A stretch of 63,346 bases of DNA, counting the filler, from Choristocarpus tenellus KU-1152 (taxonomy: Eukaryota > Protista > Phaeophyceae), in assembly GCA_964200185.2 (NCBI GenBank). It is 12 parts of 12 records of this genome, joined end to end, with 100 filler letters (N's around TTAATTAATTAA, not from the genome) between each part and the next. Parts side by side here need not be neighbours in the genome. Positions count along the whole stretch, not along the records: positions 15,553 to 21,530 come from CAXNAD020009257.1; positions 21,631 to 24,766 come from CAXNAD020022066.1; positions 24,867 to 37,817 come from CAXNAD020001642.1; 9 more parts are not named here. One strand, written 5' to 3'. The position numbers were made by a program, and so were the translations under genes. Shown in pieces: positions 18,421 to 34,200 of this stretch. The notes beneath the pieces were generated by a model. That model saw only the letters and a list, made by a program, of their open reading frames with translations. It had not been told where the DNA came from and searched no databases. Position 1 is the first letter of the stretch. Each line of letters begins with the position of its first letter.

Positions 18421-19594
18421 GGGAGATGGGCACGGAGGGGTTTATTGGATTCTTGAGATGCCTCCCTAGCTCCTCCCGGGGCAGGTAAAGGTAGATTGGA
18501 GACACAGGAGGGCAGTAGTACAACATAGATAATGGTGAAGTAACAAATGGACTAAGGACTTTTCACATTTATGACATTTTGTTTCTTTAGGGCTTATTAT
18601 ACTGACAATGTGTATAGTTTTCATTGGTTTCCCACCTGACACATCTACAAAATGTCAGAGGGCTTAATAATATAATACAGACTTAATGATAATGTGTATA
18701 GTTTTCGTTGGTTTCCCCCCTGACACATCTGAAAATTCCCTAAGTAACAGTTACCCCAGGGTGAGGAGTTAGGGAAGCATCCCACGAAAATAATAAGCCC
18801 CTCCTTGCCCATCATGGCATGGAGTATATTGATGATAGCATTAGTAGTAGTACTTGGGAATAGTAGTAGTAGTGGAGGAGAGTAGAAAGTACATTCCTCT
18901 TTCTCTTCAAAATTTTGATGAACAGACCAAATGTTGGAAATATCCTGAAACTGGGGGATCACCGCGCGCACTATGTCCAGTTCATTTTTTTCGTCCAATC
19001 AGTAATTTGCAATGAACGAACACAAAATCAAATGGCAACAGTTCCTCCCTCCCACAAAATCTAACCCACAAAACACGAGTAACACGCCAAGAATCTCAAG
19101 GTCAGCCTGCTGTCTTATCGCGCTAAGCACGTGCAAGGATGGTCGCATTCTTATCGAATAACCTACATAATTGTGCTTTGCCGTTCGACCTTCTTTTGAT
19201 GCTTGTTGCAGGGTACTCTCATCTCTAATTTTTGTCGACTCGTAATCCACCATTCCTCCATTGGAGACTTCCTGGTTGCGTTGCTATTCTACTATCATAT
19301 TAAGCGCTAACATTGGAAGATATGTATTACCCGGGTAGATTGTCTTTTGTGAACCTCGTTCCGCTTGGCTTGGCTTATGGAGAACCTTAGTCCTCCACCC
19401 ACACTTTTCCTTGCCCTTGGTGCCATGTCTAGTCTCACTCCAGTGTCGCCGTGCACCTACGCAATGCTTCCATCCTTTACAACGTGAAAAACTAGGTTAC
19501 ACATCTGTCGTTAAATATTCCCCTAGTCTTCTCGTCGATCCCCTTACCCTCCCCTCTGTCCCACCTACTCCATCAAACACAGATTGCAGTCATT

Positions 19595-21406
<1,812 letters not shown>

Positions 21407-21630
21407 TAATTATTTGTCGGCTATTATATTACTGCTACTCTGCTGCTTGCCCCTGCCCCCTTGCCCCCTGACACCCCCTTCGGCTTCACACTGGTTTTCT
21501 CTCTTCTTTTGACTCCGGGCGACAAACAATNNNNNNNNNNNNNNNNNNNNNNNNNNNNNNNNNNNNNNNNNNNNTTAATTAATTAANNNNNNNNNNNNNN
21601 NNNNNNNNNNNNNNNNNNNNNNNNNNNNNN

Positions 21631-24049
21631 CGCTGCTAACGCCTCCCTCTCTGTCATGCCCCCCACCAGTACTGTCAACAGAACTATCTACCTCCCTCCT
21701 CCGCTTCCTCAAAGCCCCACCAGTATTCTTGGTCACCCTTTCAGCTGAGGCAAGAGCTTTTCGGAATGCCACTCTTGATTGAGGGGGCGACATGATTGTC
21801 GCCCCCATCCCAGCATGATCGTTCTCCTTCTTACGCTCTCTAAGAGGAAGAAGCACATAGAGATTTGCACAACATTGACAGGCACAATGATATTTCAAGA
21901 GTGTTTGGGGGGGGGGCGAGGAGGAAGGGATCCGTTTCATGGACATTAGAGGACTAGAGGAGGTCGTTTGATACTGAACATACTCTTACCAAGGTGATTG
22001 ATTTGTATTGAAAATGTTTCTAAGGATGTGGAGGTGGAGGAATGTACATCTTCATTTTGAATCCTATGCCTTATAAATCCAACCCTAACCACACTAAACT
22101 TGCAATACAATGCTATTTTCCACTCTGAGACTCTCATATAAATATATACCTCAAAATATGACATTACAATCCTTCATGGATCTCCCCTCCCCTTCCCTCC
22201 CCTTGTTGAACTAGCACTGTGCCCCTATGCCACTTCAGCAATGTTGTGATTGGTCTATGAAACACGTAGTGAAGTGTTCTGCAACCCTAAACCTAACCCT
22301 AACCCTCAATGTCCGAGTTTGTAACCCTAACACTACCACCTCCACAAACCTTAAAAAAAATAAATAAATCACAAGACACTTTGTTATTACTGTTGATATC
22401 ATACTTCATTCATCTCACACACTACAACAGCATCTTCAAGGGCAAAAAAATTACAATGGGGCCGGCTAAAAAAGAAATAAAGACGAGATAAAAAAAATGT
22501 TACGAATATTTCCCACATCCGTCCAAGAAATACCACCAATAATAATAAAAAAGTTAAAGGACAGACACACTACAGTAATAATATCAAGATAAATATATTT
22601 TTGTGAAAAGTACACACCAACCGGGAGCATTCTTCGTACAGCATCACTTATCACACTAGACACACGCATGTTCAAACATAATGTATACAAAAAAAAAATA
22701 CATACACACATATTCTTAAACCACCTCAAGTTATTGTTCTTTCACTTCAATATTTTTATTATTGTTATTATATTTTTCCCCTTCTCTGCACATGTCGATC
22801 CATCTCTCCTATCTTTTTCACCCTCCATCTCCTGGCATCAGATTCATACCCACACACTGTAAAATACTAAGATAAAAAAAATATTAACATAAAAAAAAAT
22901 CTGAAGGGAAAAAAAATAAAAAGCACTTAATGTCAAAACACACACACACACGCACGCAGAGAGATGCATGCACCATAGAACTAGAACATTTAAATCATAC
23001 TTTAAAAAGAAAATCAAGTCATACTCGTCTCCCACCTCCTGTAACAACTCTGGCACATATTCTTGGCATAGAGAACTCTATCCAAATGCCAACAACGCAT
23101 CTCTCCTGACATCAGTCGGGAAGGTGAAGCCGCCCTCTTCTGGGCAAGTCCAACATTTCCTCTTGATCTGCAAGCAAAAATGGAAGAAAGGCACAAGGAC
23201 AAAAGGGTTATATGCCTTACTTACACAGTTGCATCCAGTTTGCTGTGGAAACTTAGGTCTTCTATATTCCTAGTGAGCTGTTGGCCTGTACTGTACTAAC
23301 TGAGCAGAATGAACACACAGTATTACTATTGTAGTGTATATACCAATACCAGAACGTACACACGGTGGTCAAAATCATATTGCTCTGTAGCCAATACCAG
23401 ACCGCTCTGTAACTCCTGCTTATAAGCTAGCAACACTAAAATAAGAAACTACATAGAGTGTAGTAACGGTAACGTACCAGCATCAGACTACTCTGTAGCC
23501 AATATCACACCACTCCGTAGCAACAATCCTCGGGACCCTTGGACAACCAAGAACACTTCATTCCATTCGAGACTTCCCACCCTCCCCCCCTCTCTCCTAG
23601 GCCAGCATCCATTACAGGTTTGCCCAAGCAGAGGTACTACTTACTCAACCAGAGACAATTTACACAGCATCCATTACAGGTTTGCCCAAGCAGAGGTACT
23701 ACTCAACCAGAGACAATTTACAAATACAATCTTAAAAAGTCAATGTTGTATCAGAGAGAAAAAACACTTCAACTTTCGTCCAGTTTTCTTTTTCTCAACC
23801 CTCTACAAATAAAAATAAAAATAAAAATCCCATTCTAGATTAAAACCAGTGCAATTTCCTCCTCTTTCACATATATACATATATGTATGTATCATATAAC
23901 ACATGATTCAAATCAAAACTCACCTCCTGTAGCAGCCCTGACACAGGCCCTTGGCATAGAGTGCTCGATCTGGGTGAGGACAGGTAATCTCCTTGGACGA
24001 TGATAACTGTGGAAAAAGGGATGCCTTCTTCTTCTGGGCAGCTCGAATC
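21631..24049 (-). CDS. Uncharacterised protein with repeated C-x-H-x-DR-x2-YAK-x2-C-x2-CY modules (putative zinc-binding), partial
   Basis: Minus-strand exons 24049-23924 (IRAAQKKKASLFPQLSSSKEITCPHPDRALYAKGLCQGCYRR), 23167-23036 (SRGNVGLAQKRAASPSRLMSGEMRCWHLDRVLYAKNMCQSCYRR) and 21839-<21631 (ERKKENDHAG...ALRKRRRE...) all have phase-2 GT-AG borders and join in frame. Confidence 0.8.
23603..23721. repeat. Tandem duplication (~60-bp unit, 2 copies), intronic
   Basis: cagcatccattacaggtttgcccaagcagaggtact(actt)actcaaccagagacaatttaca occurs twice. Confidence 0.9.
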
Positions 24050-25434
24050 CTGATCATACTTGTTTTTTTCAGCAGACGGATAATAATAAGAGGGAATTAA
24101 TAAATTATATTATTATAAAAAGCGAGAGGTGAAAATTATGAGTGATGAGGAAGGCATCCTCAATGGAGACAGCTAGCGCTCCTCAAACAATACAGCGAAG
24201 GGTTAGGGTTAGGGTTAACGAATTCTTTAATTCTTTAGCGTTTTTTGTTCTACCTCAAAAATACAAGCTCATGAAAGATGGATTCGATCGACTCTTAGCC
24301 TTCAGCAAAAAAAATAAAACAAGATGCGAGAGGTACACGGATTAAAAGTTTAAATTAAAAAAGTAGCAATTTAAGAAATGTCTTCTTTTTTTTTTCCTCC
24401 CTGTGAAGACTAGTCGTAAAAAAAAACAAGGAAAAAAAAATAAGGGCACAATAGATTCATTTGTACCTAAACTTCCTCCCTCCTATAAAAACAAAAAATA
24501 CACAGAGCGACGCAGACTCTATTTGAAAAAGTCAAGAGCATCCAGACACTCTTTTTTTTTCATTAGTGACAAAACAAGGTCGAAAACTGTACTACCACAA
24601 TTTAATTTAATTTAATTTAAAACATACATATATATATATATTTTTGACCAACATGTGCAGACAAATAAATCTGTTTTTTTTTCACATTCCATGTGCTCTC
24701 TCGCATGTTTGTATTTTTTTTTCTTTCCACCCCCTCCCCCCTCCCCCCCGACAACCCCACACCCCCNNNNNNNNNNNNNNNNNNNNNNNNNNNNNNNNNN
24801 NNNNNNNNNNTTAATTAATTAANNNNNNNNNNNNNNNNNNNNNNNNNNNNNNNNNNNNNNNNNNNNCCAGATACTTTGGTTCATTACCCCCCCCCCAGTG
24901 TGGATTCCACCCCAACACAATAACAAAAGTGGCTGGCCAGCACTTCATGTTGGACAGCTCGTTCTTTGGGAGAAAAAAACAAGCATCCTGGTTGAAACAA
25001 CTCAAGGAAGAGAAAAAATGAAAAGGTGGGGCACTAGTGGTGATCAGCCCTAGGTCGCACTCTAGTCCAAGGGAAAATCTGTCCTAATGGGAGGAAAGCG
25101 CAGTGAGAAAAATGGCGTGGACCTGCCTGTCTCCTACATGGCCCGGATCCAAGTGGATGAAGCTCAGTATCACCACAGTTTTGGTACATCAAGTCATCTA
25201 CTGGGGAGTGTTGTGGGGATAATGTCAAGAGTGATTGGAAAACTCATCATCTCTTACTGTCACCTCTGGTGGTACATCAACTTGCCTCCAAGGTGCTTGG
25301 ACAACCAGATTGTTGGACTTTAAATATTTGTTGTATGCGTATTTGTTTTCGTTAAAAAATATATTATACATGTTGCAATAATATTATGAATAATATGCTT
25401 CTCACAGAAAGGACCAACCTGTGTTTGCGAACTA

Positions 25435-28400
25435 TCCTTCTACCCCACGAGCCCGGAGTCGTCTGATAGATAAGCTCGAAGTACCACCCGGACTGAGCCA
25501 TGGTATGGTCTTCAAGCATTTATCGGCGTCGCTTCCGCCATCTTGGTAGTGAAAAAGAAATATCTTCACTATCTTTGGAATCCGATGGCAACTCACCAGG
25601 CCGGCAACACACTAGTATAGAGGCATTCATCATACTTTCTGATCCACAAGGAGGGATGTCACAAGTATCAAAGGAGGCTTGGTTGCTGTTAGATGGACGT
25701 CTGGTTCTCAGTAATCCAAGTTCTTTGGCTGTTGTAGTGGCAAGTGCCTTTCTTTTATGACTAGTCGCTCGGTCAATGGCTCTTACATTAGAGAGGTCCA
25801 ACTTGTTTTCGTTCCTATAGGCTGCGATCATCTCTGCACATTCAGGTATTTCAGCGGGTTTGTGCCATACATCGCTGGCTGGTGAATATAATTGAAGGAA
25901 AAGCTGGTACAAATAATTATGAGTGGTCTTTCTTCTACACCTCGCTAATGGTCAACAACCCCCTCTGCATTGTAAGACCCAATAGTTGGCTGTGTCTTTG
26001 ACCCCTGATTAAGATTTGGTTCGCATAATGACCGGTCTAAAAAGAGTTAATAAAGGGTATCTATGCCAGGTTCAGTGGCTGTTCCTTCCTTAAACGGTTT
26101 AAGTCTGCCCATATGAACTGTCACATCACAACGGGTGTTACATATGCCTTCACTTCATAAGGTCCTCTCCATGGGGACAAAAAATTGGGATTCGGTGCAT
26201 CAGCTGAAGTATGTGGTTTGTGCAGCCACACTTTATCTCCAAGTTCGAATAATGGGAGATTATGGTTAACATACTTAGATTCGTTCTTCAGTGCCATCTC
26301 ACCAATATTGCGCCAGGCCAGTTTGTAAGGTAGCTGTAATTTTTCAACTGTTCTCATGCTATATTCTCGTGTGCTAATGGGGGTAGCCTCAGGGACTCTC
26401 AAAATGAGATCAATTGGTAATATTGGGCACCTTCCAAACATGAGAAAAAAATGAGTTTTCTGAACAGTGGCATTATAGGCTGTATTGTGTTCTACCTGTA
26501 CGAAGAGCAGGAATGAAGCCCAGTCAAATTGGTCCATACTTTAAAAAAAATGGCCAGCATACCATGCATTATGGAATGAATTCGTTCACATATGCTATTG
26601 CCTTGAGGTTGATATGCCGTTATCTTGGTTTTATGATACCCATACACTTTACGCAACTCAGCCAGGAGTTTATTCTCAAATATTCTTTGCCTTGGTCAGA
26701 GTGGAGCGTTTCAGGAGGATCAAAGATGGAAAAAGACAATCGACAAGACCTTTCGCCGCGTTTTTTTCTTGCTTATTTGCAATGCCAACCAAGATTGCGG
26801 CAGATAACTCATAGTTTGCACCATCTGACATGGTCTTATACTTTACTAGGTAAATAGCAAGTCATTGAAGCGAACGTGTAGCAGACGTATGTCCTGTAGG
26901 TAGTGGAGTAGGAGTGTGAGAGGTCTTCCGTCTTCGACATGGCTGGCAAGTTTTACACCTATTCCTAACATCTTTTTGTAACGTCGATCACCAAAATATT
27001 TATCTAACACGGTCAAATGTGTGCTTGAAAGCAAGGTTGCCTGCAACTTTGTAGTGATGTAGGACATGTAAAATTAAACCCTGGACTTCTGTTGGGGCTA
27101 CTAACTGATCGAAAAATTCTACGAAGATGACCAGGTTAGTAAGATTGGTAGAGTAAGAGGTTCTTCTCCCTCTCTCTCTTTTGTGGAAAATATGACACGG
27201 TGTAGACCGTCTCCTTATTGGGTAATTTTGTATTACTCGGGTCTGCCAGGTAGAGAAAAAATGCTCCAAACTGATCATGTTGGGTCTTGGCTAGAACTTC
27301 AGTATCAATTGCTGAAAAAACATTGACGGAGCTAACGAAGAACTCAGAGTCATTTGCCACCCTAGTGATTTCACCTAATCGATCCTCAGACAATTCATAG
27401 GCTGGATATACCTTACTACTTGAGAAGTTAGAGTGGTTTCTGCCCCCACATTTCGACATACAGAGGTTAGGGGTGCTGGTTCGGAGTCATGTTTAAAGAA
27501 ATCTTCTAGTTGAGGATGTAACAACATGTCTGGGACGTAATGTAATCTGCTAGGCTTATGAAGGATGATAAAATCAAAACCTTACAGAGCTAGAGCCCAT
27601 TGAGTGAACAGATTGGACGTGTCTTGCATCATATGCAGCTACCGTAAGGCCGAATGGTCACTAATAACTGTGAAATGTTTACCTCAAATATATGGTATCC
27701 AATGTCGAATTGCCAGAATAACTGCAAGGCACTCTTTTTGTGTCGCAGAATATTTTCAAAAAACTTTGCCAAACAGCCCTTTTATCATGGTCTGTAATTG
27801 TTTTCTATCTTCTTTATTACCTTTTCTTTATGTAGCTTTTACTATCCCTCCTCCGCGATTGATTATCAAGTGTAATTTTAAACCATAAAACCAACCTTTT
27901 GTCGTTCGGAGGGGGAAAGTAAGGTACTATGGTATGCAATTATATAAAAATTGCCATCATCATAATTTATCCCAAAAACGCCCTGTCCCAACATTACTGC
28001 CATCTACATGTATAAAAAGTTCCTTAAAAAAAACAGAGAAGTGTAGAACTGGAGCCATGGGTAAAGGTCGTTTGTACTTGTCAAAGTAGTTTGCGGTGGT
28101 CGATTCCATCTAGATGAGATATCACTCTGATCTTTTTATATTTCTTTGGGGTGGTGTGAGCTCTTTTTGAACCTCCCTTTTGTGTATGGTGAATATGGTC
28201 CACTAACAGTTCGGTCACTGTTGCTAAGTGAGGAACGTACTTCCTAACAAAGTTCATAGAACCTAAGTTCAATATGAGCTTGTGATATATAGCTATTCCT
28301 TGTGGACTAACACCTTGTCCCAAATAATGGATTTGCCTTGAGTCATATTGATCCTTGGACGACTTTAACGAAACCCCTACAATTTGTAACGTTGACAGTA

Positions 28401-31170
28401 CCACAATGATTACCTGTTTAAAGTGTGTCTACGATGGAGAGGCAAAAACAATATCGTCTAAATGTACCAATAACCCAGAGCTAGGACCAATTGTGGAAAA
28501 GGTTTCAGACATGAAGCGTTGGAAGATCCACGGTACGTTTTGTACTCCAAATGGTAATCTCTGAAACTCATACTCCCCACGTGATGTGATGAATGCAGTT
28601 TTTTGTTGTTTGCATTCCTCAGTTATCGGTAGTTCCAACAGACTGATTGGATATCTAAACAGGATAAATATTTTGAACCCCCAAAGGTGGATTAACAATC
28701 CTCCATGGACGGTAATGGTCATGAGTTATGTATCAAATGTTTATTAATGGTTTCTCTAAACTCCATACAGAACCGAGGAGATCCATCAGGCTTTGCGACA
28801 ATCTTAACAGGGGATGCCCATGGGCTAGATGAGGGCTTTACAATGACTTGTTTTTCCATATCAGGTACACACGGATGAATAGTGTCATGTTTTTTTGGTG
28901 CTGTGCGATGTGGTGGTGTACTAACCGGTTTAGTGCCTGGTTGTAGTGGAAAATCAACAGAAGTACTGGTGCAACAACCTATTTCATTCTCAGATAATGA
29001 AAAGATTTGTCTGAATTTAGCCACAATATCTAGTAATTCCTCTTGTTCAGAAAGCGTCAGTTGTTAATTTGCAAACGCCTTCTTCAAAAATACCTTCTTC
29101 AAATCATCCCTAGCTTGCTTCAGTTTTTCGGGAGTAGAGGTGTGGCTGCAACTGCACTTATGGTAACATCTGAAAGGGAATATGTGGTTGACGCAGGGGA
29201 AATATGACCAACTACAAAACTCGCTGGCAGTTTGACCCCTTTTTGAGATAGTTGGCAATTTTGACTAAACATCCTCCATCTTCTTCCCAAACACTGAGGG
29301 TTTGACTGACCATAATATGTTGCCAGTGGTGATGTATCTCGTCCTCTTGCTGAAGGTCTGTGCCAGTATGTATGATAGGTTCAACCACTGCATCGGTACC
29401 TGTTCCTCTGAGTGCCCGAGAAAAACTGGGACAAGCGTTTCCGTGTTGGGGGAAAGTATATCTTATTCACTGTATGTACTGGTGTAGTAAACTCAGATGT
29501 GATCACTGAAATTGAAATATGAGGTGCTGGATTTCCATTCTGACAAACATGTCTTGGGGGAGAACAGATGGGAAGTGGTATAATTTTGTGAGTTGCTGGA
29601 ATGCATATATTACTGCCTTTAAACGACATTCCCTCCTTGTCCCAATCTAGCACTGCCCTGCCCCCAATGCTGACATGCTGTATCCAATAAAACTTTATCT
29701 ACTCTCAATTAGGTATGACCACTACTTGGACCAGCATTGATATGTTACCAAGTCATTAGGGTAAATTGAACTAAACCACGAACAGGTAAAGGTCTACCGC
29801 CTACTCCTTTTAAATTCAGAGTGCCTGCTGGAATCTCCCGAATGGGTGTGTTGCAAAGAGTTGGATAGGCTTGAATGTATCTGCGTGAATTTACTGGTAT
29901 GCCAATGGCAGTATCAACAGTAATGTTCATTAAAGGTTCATTATCTGCATAACCAGGAATTCGAAGAGAGTGAGATGAAACATTCAGCTCGTGAGGGGAG
30001 TTAGAATAATGTTGGATGGCTGATGTGTGCCAGCAATATGAAAAAGTGGAACAACACACTTGAGGTGGAAAAGAAACTTCACTCACACCCAAAAGAGGTT
30101 GTGAGGAGTAAGAAATAGCAGATGCAACCGTTCCTACATATCTTGCTTGTGGCGATTTTTGGCTTGCTGACCTTGAGCTATTGTCAGGTTGTGTACCAGG
30201 TTTTAAGGTTTCTTCAGTGTTTCCCAACCTAGCAACAAGACCTTAGATATTATATCACATTTATGACATATCCTTACTTATTCTGGGGTAGAATCAGCAG
30301 GACATCCCTAAATACTCTCATTTAACACACTCTCTCCTGCGTTTCTATGTTATCCTGCAGGGGTTCATGGGAGGAATAATAGAGATTTCTGACAGGGTAG
30401 CATGTGCTTTGATCGACGATAAAAATCGACCAATCGAATGATCTTTGTGGTTGTTGTAGATCGCGTGAGGGAAAGGTCTATACCCCTTTTTGAAATTTGG
30501 TAACAGGGGAATAGGACAAATCCTGTGCTCCAGAACCCATGGGGGTAAGTCCTTGTGAGAAAGATGTATCATGATCAAGGGATCAAGTACATAGACCCAC
30601 AGAATGTCGTTGGGGTAGGGTAGGACAATATACTTCATCTTGCTTGTTTATCCACGACAGGGTCGTAGCAGTGAGGCTGATCTCCACACTACCCAGCTCC
30701 AAAACAGTGTTAGACATATGCGAAAATTCGGAATCGAATGAAGGAAGTTGTCATGGATATCGAACTTCCGGTCCTCCTAACACTCGTCATCTTCGGTCGA
30801 TGCTTGATAGAGGGTCTGGTCCAGGTTACGTTGAAGCCGTCACACAGACACTGGACACAGCCATTGCGTTGAAGTGAACCGCCAAGGGTGTACTGGCCCT
30901 TTTGACGGGGCTCAGGATCTGCATGTTTCGGGATATTGGATTTTCCTTCCTCTCAATCTACGCTTCCCTGATGGTGCTTTTTTTTTATCGAAGTCGTCTT
31001 GGCTTTCTGACTAGGATCAACAACCTTTTGAGTTGGTTCCACTTCCTTCTTGTCCACCATTGCAGCATCACCCTACATCTCTGGTGACTCCCCAACAAAA
31101 ATCGGCGTGAGCACCACTGCTAAGGGGCCTGGTTCACCCCCCATATTATCCTCATGAGTCTCGCTACATC
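25435..31170 (-). mobile_element. Decayed Ty3/gypsy LTR retrotransposon with chromodomain-like integrase tail
   Basis: Minus-strand order: PBS-like TGGTGCTCACG (31116-31106), gag-like region, protease (ITVDTA..., ~29900), RT (PSSSPWASPV.IVAKPDGSPRFC; KTAFITSRGEYEFQRLPFG; VHLDDIVF; 28080-29020), RNase H (KECLAVILAIRHW.PY...FTVISDHSAL, ~27600-27750), integrase (HNTAYNATVQKT.FFLMFGR.PILPID; WRGPY, 26120-27050), chromodomain-like YSPASDVWH...IPEC.EMI.AY (~25800-25910), and PPT-like GTGGGGTAGAAGGA (~25448-25435). Many stops and frameshifts; paired LTRs not found. Confidence 0.9.
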
Positions 31171-31288
31171 CCAAAAAGGTGACACATCCATAATATTACA
31201 TAAAAATATAGAATGTTCGAGGGGCAAATCGAATTGTACCCACTTCTTTTTACCTTACACTCGAATCACCTTGTTACTTCCACTAAAC

Positions 31289-34200
31289 ATGGTTGATGTA
31301 GCGTTGGAGACCGAGGTGGCCAAGGCCATCAGTCAGGGCAAGGGGTGGAAGGAAGGTGAGCGCAAGGCCTACCTGGACCGTTTGTCAGATGAGGACCATC
31401 CGCTCTTTGCCGACGTGAGACATGACAGTCACCCCCACATATGCGTCCATAACTTACATTTAGTATGTTTCCCTCTATACCAGCGCACTACAGAGGTGGA
31501 CAACGCCACTTCTTCTCGCGTATATTGCTAATCCTAAACGTAATTGCTCAGCAATCACATCCCTATATACTGTCGATACCCCTCGACGGGTTTCGTTCCG
31601 TTGGCTACACAGGATGTCGACCCGGACATGAAAAAGGCATTTCAGGACCTGACCTATGAGGATGAGACGCCTGAGTCGCTGGCAGCCCATTTCAAGAAGC
31701 TGGGCAACGACCGTTTCGCCCGTGGCAAGAAGAATCCCATTTACTTCCAGCACGCCCAACAGGTGTAAGACAAGAGTTATGCGGGTGGGTTACAACTATG
31801 AGACTGGGGGCCGTGAGTGTGTGCACACTCTTGAGCTGTTTGTTCCGACAGTGTCAATAAGTATGGATGATTGTCGATGATTGTTGATGTATTGAATGGG
31901 ATTGTCAGTGCAGCATGGTTCTGAAAAGCGTAGTGTTTGGGGAGGTGGGGGTAGGGGGCACGGTTCCAAACTCTTTCACTCTCTGAGTGCATAAGTATTT
32001 GCCGATCTGATTGTGCTTCATGAATGGAGAAGCGCTTCTCCAATCATGATTCTGATGAAGGTACTGCATTCAGTAGGGGTAGAAAGTGGCCCCTCATTTC
32101 TTGTACGGGGACTGTTTTGGGTCGTACACTTGACCGATAACCCATTGCTGTCTGACATGCCTAGTAGTGCTGTCTTCGTTGATGTACCATGAACCATACA
32201 ATTGCTACTAGTGGTCCTTGGAATTAATTTTCACAGTCCCATGATGCTTTAGCCTTGGGTGCCTTAACCTGACCATTGTTTTCGAGACGATTTTGTTTGT
32301 TGAAGTCCCTTGATCAGAACTTCCCTTATCACTTCATCCATCTGTTTGACGCCTCTTGCAAACGTGGGATCCTATTTCTACCTTCTGCTCACATCAAGCC
32401 CAATGAGTCAACCCTGTTGCCCACACTGCTCCCTTAAGGTGACTGAATGCTTACCCCCTCCTCTCCTTTGCTTGAAATAATACCTTCTGGTCATGGAAGG
32501 CATACAGTGAGGGACTCCGTGTGGTACGATCTGTGATAGATGGGATGGGAAAGCATGTCACATTGATAGAGGAGGGACAGGGGTGGAAAGAAGGTGGTAG
32601 TTCACAAGGGTTATCACCTGATATGATGGAGCTTATGGTGGCCTTGCTCTCAAACCGTGCCGCGGCAAACTTGGCCTTGAAGAACTATGGCAGCACAAGG
32701 GCGGACTGTGATGAAGCTCTGCAGATGTCTCCGGGAAATTTGAAGTGCCTATACCGAAAGGCGAGGGCAGAACTTCTGCTGAGGAGATATAGGTACTTGT
32801 TTAGGCATATTTCGTGACAGTGGGATGGGAGAATGAAGGGAGTGGAGGGTGATGGTGAGAGGCAGGAGCAACACTGTTCCCATTTTGTTCTGGCGAGGAG
32901 TAGGGGATCCCAGTTATAAGGAGCTCTTTCTTTGCCTTTTTTTTAATACATGAATCTGACAACTATTTGCTTTTCTCACATAGTACACACAATAGTAACA
33001 TGTACGATGTATTCGTCTAAAGTATATGTACAAGTTTCAGAAAATACTGGCACCCGTGTTGCCTGTTCCTGGTGCTTACTCCCTCCTAAAACTCTCTATT
33101 TTCTTTCCGCTAAGAACGGGCTTCTGTATCGACCCTTCTTGTTTGCTTTCTTGTGAGCAGGGAGGCGTTGGTGGTGTGCAAGGAAGGACTGACTGTGGAT
33201 CCAGGTAATACTGACCTTAAGAAGATTGAGCAAGAGGTGAGCAAGAAATCTAGAAGGTGATTGTGTTTATTCAAGAGCTCTACATGTATGTGTTCTGGAT
33301 CTCATGTTTCTGTGTTTTTTTTTCCATACGATACACAAAACACACACAATTTATGGGGTGAGTGCTCCTTAAGTCATATGATCAACATCCAGCTATGCCG
33401 CCTTTCCCAGTGCACCAATGCATTAGACGCTGCATCCAAGAAAATATCAGCTGCACGTCGGGCGGGGGAGGCTCGGTTGGAGCAACTTGCTGCTGTTTGG
33501 GATACTTGCGAGGAGAAGGGTATAAGATTAGGTTCATCTGGGTTTATCGAGGGTCATCATGAGAGGCGGAATCAGTTCCTACCAGAAGCAGATGGGAGGG
33601 TGAGTCTGGCAAGAGTTGGTGTATTGGGGGAGGTGGGCTGAAAAAGGGGTGGGGGTGAGCGTGGGGGTGGAGGGCAAGGAGTGATGATAATCGACTCGTT
33701 GAATCAGGCAGCAAATAGTGTTAACAGTGTCAGCAGTAACAATTGAGAAGTTTTGGGAATTTGAAATCTGCGACGTACTGGCTGGTTCGGCAAAAACTAA
33801 AAATCCACCTAACTTTTTTTCTTTTGTTACAGGTTCAAAGTTGTTTCAAAGGGGTATTAAAAGTGATAACCCTTTTTTATTCCCTTGGTGAACATTGTGG
33901 AGTGGGCTTTTAATTTCCCCCTAACTTACACTCTTTTACAAACAGATTAATATAATTTGATAATCTGTGTACAAGATTGAATTTTTGTAGGGGTACGAAT
34001 CGGTGCCCATTACAATCCGCCACACTATTCATAATAACCATTTTTTAAAAACTGAATGTTGAGTTATTCCGTATACCATCTGCACGCACACGCCTCCTAA
34101 GGGTGTTGGTTGTATTGTGTGCGGTGATACGCATGTACACATGCACATACTATGAACATAATGTGACAACTCTTTCACATTGGTGAAAGGGAATCTAAGA

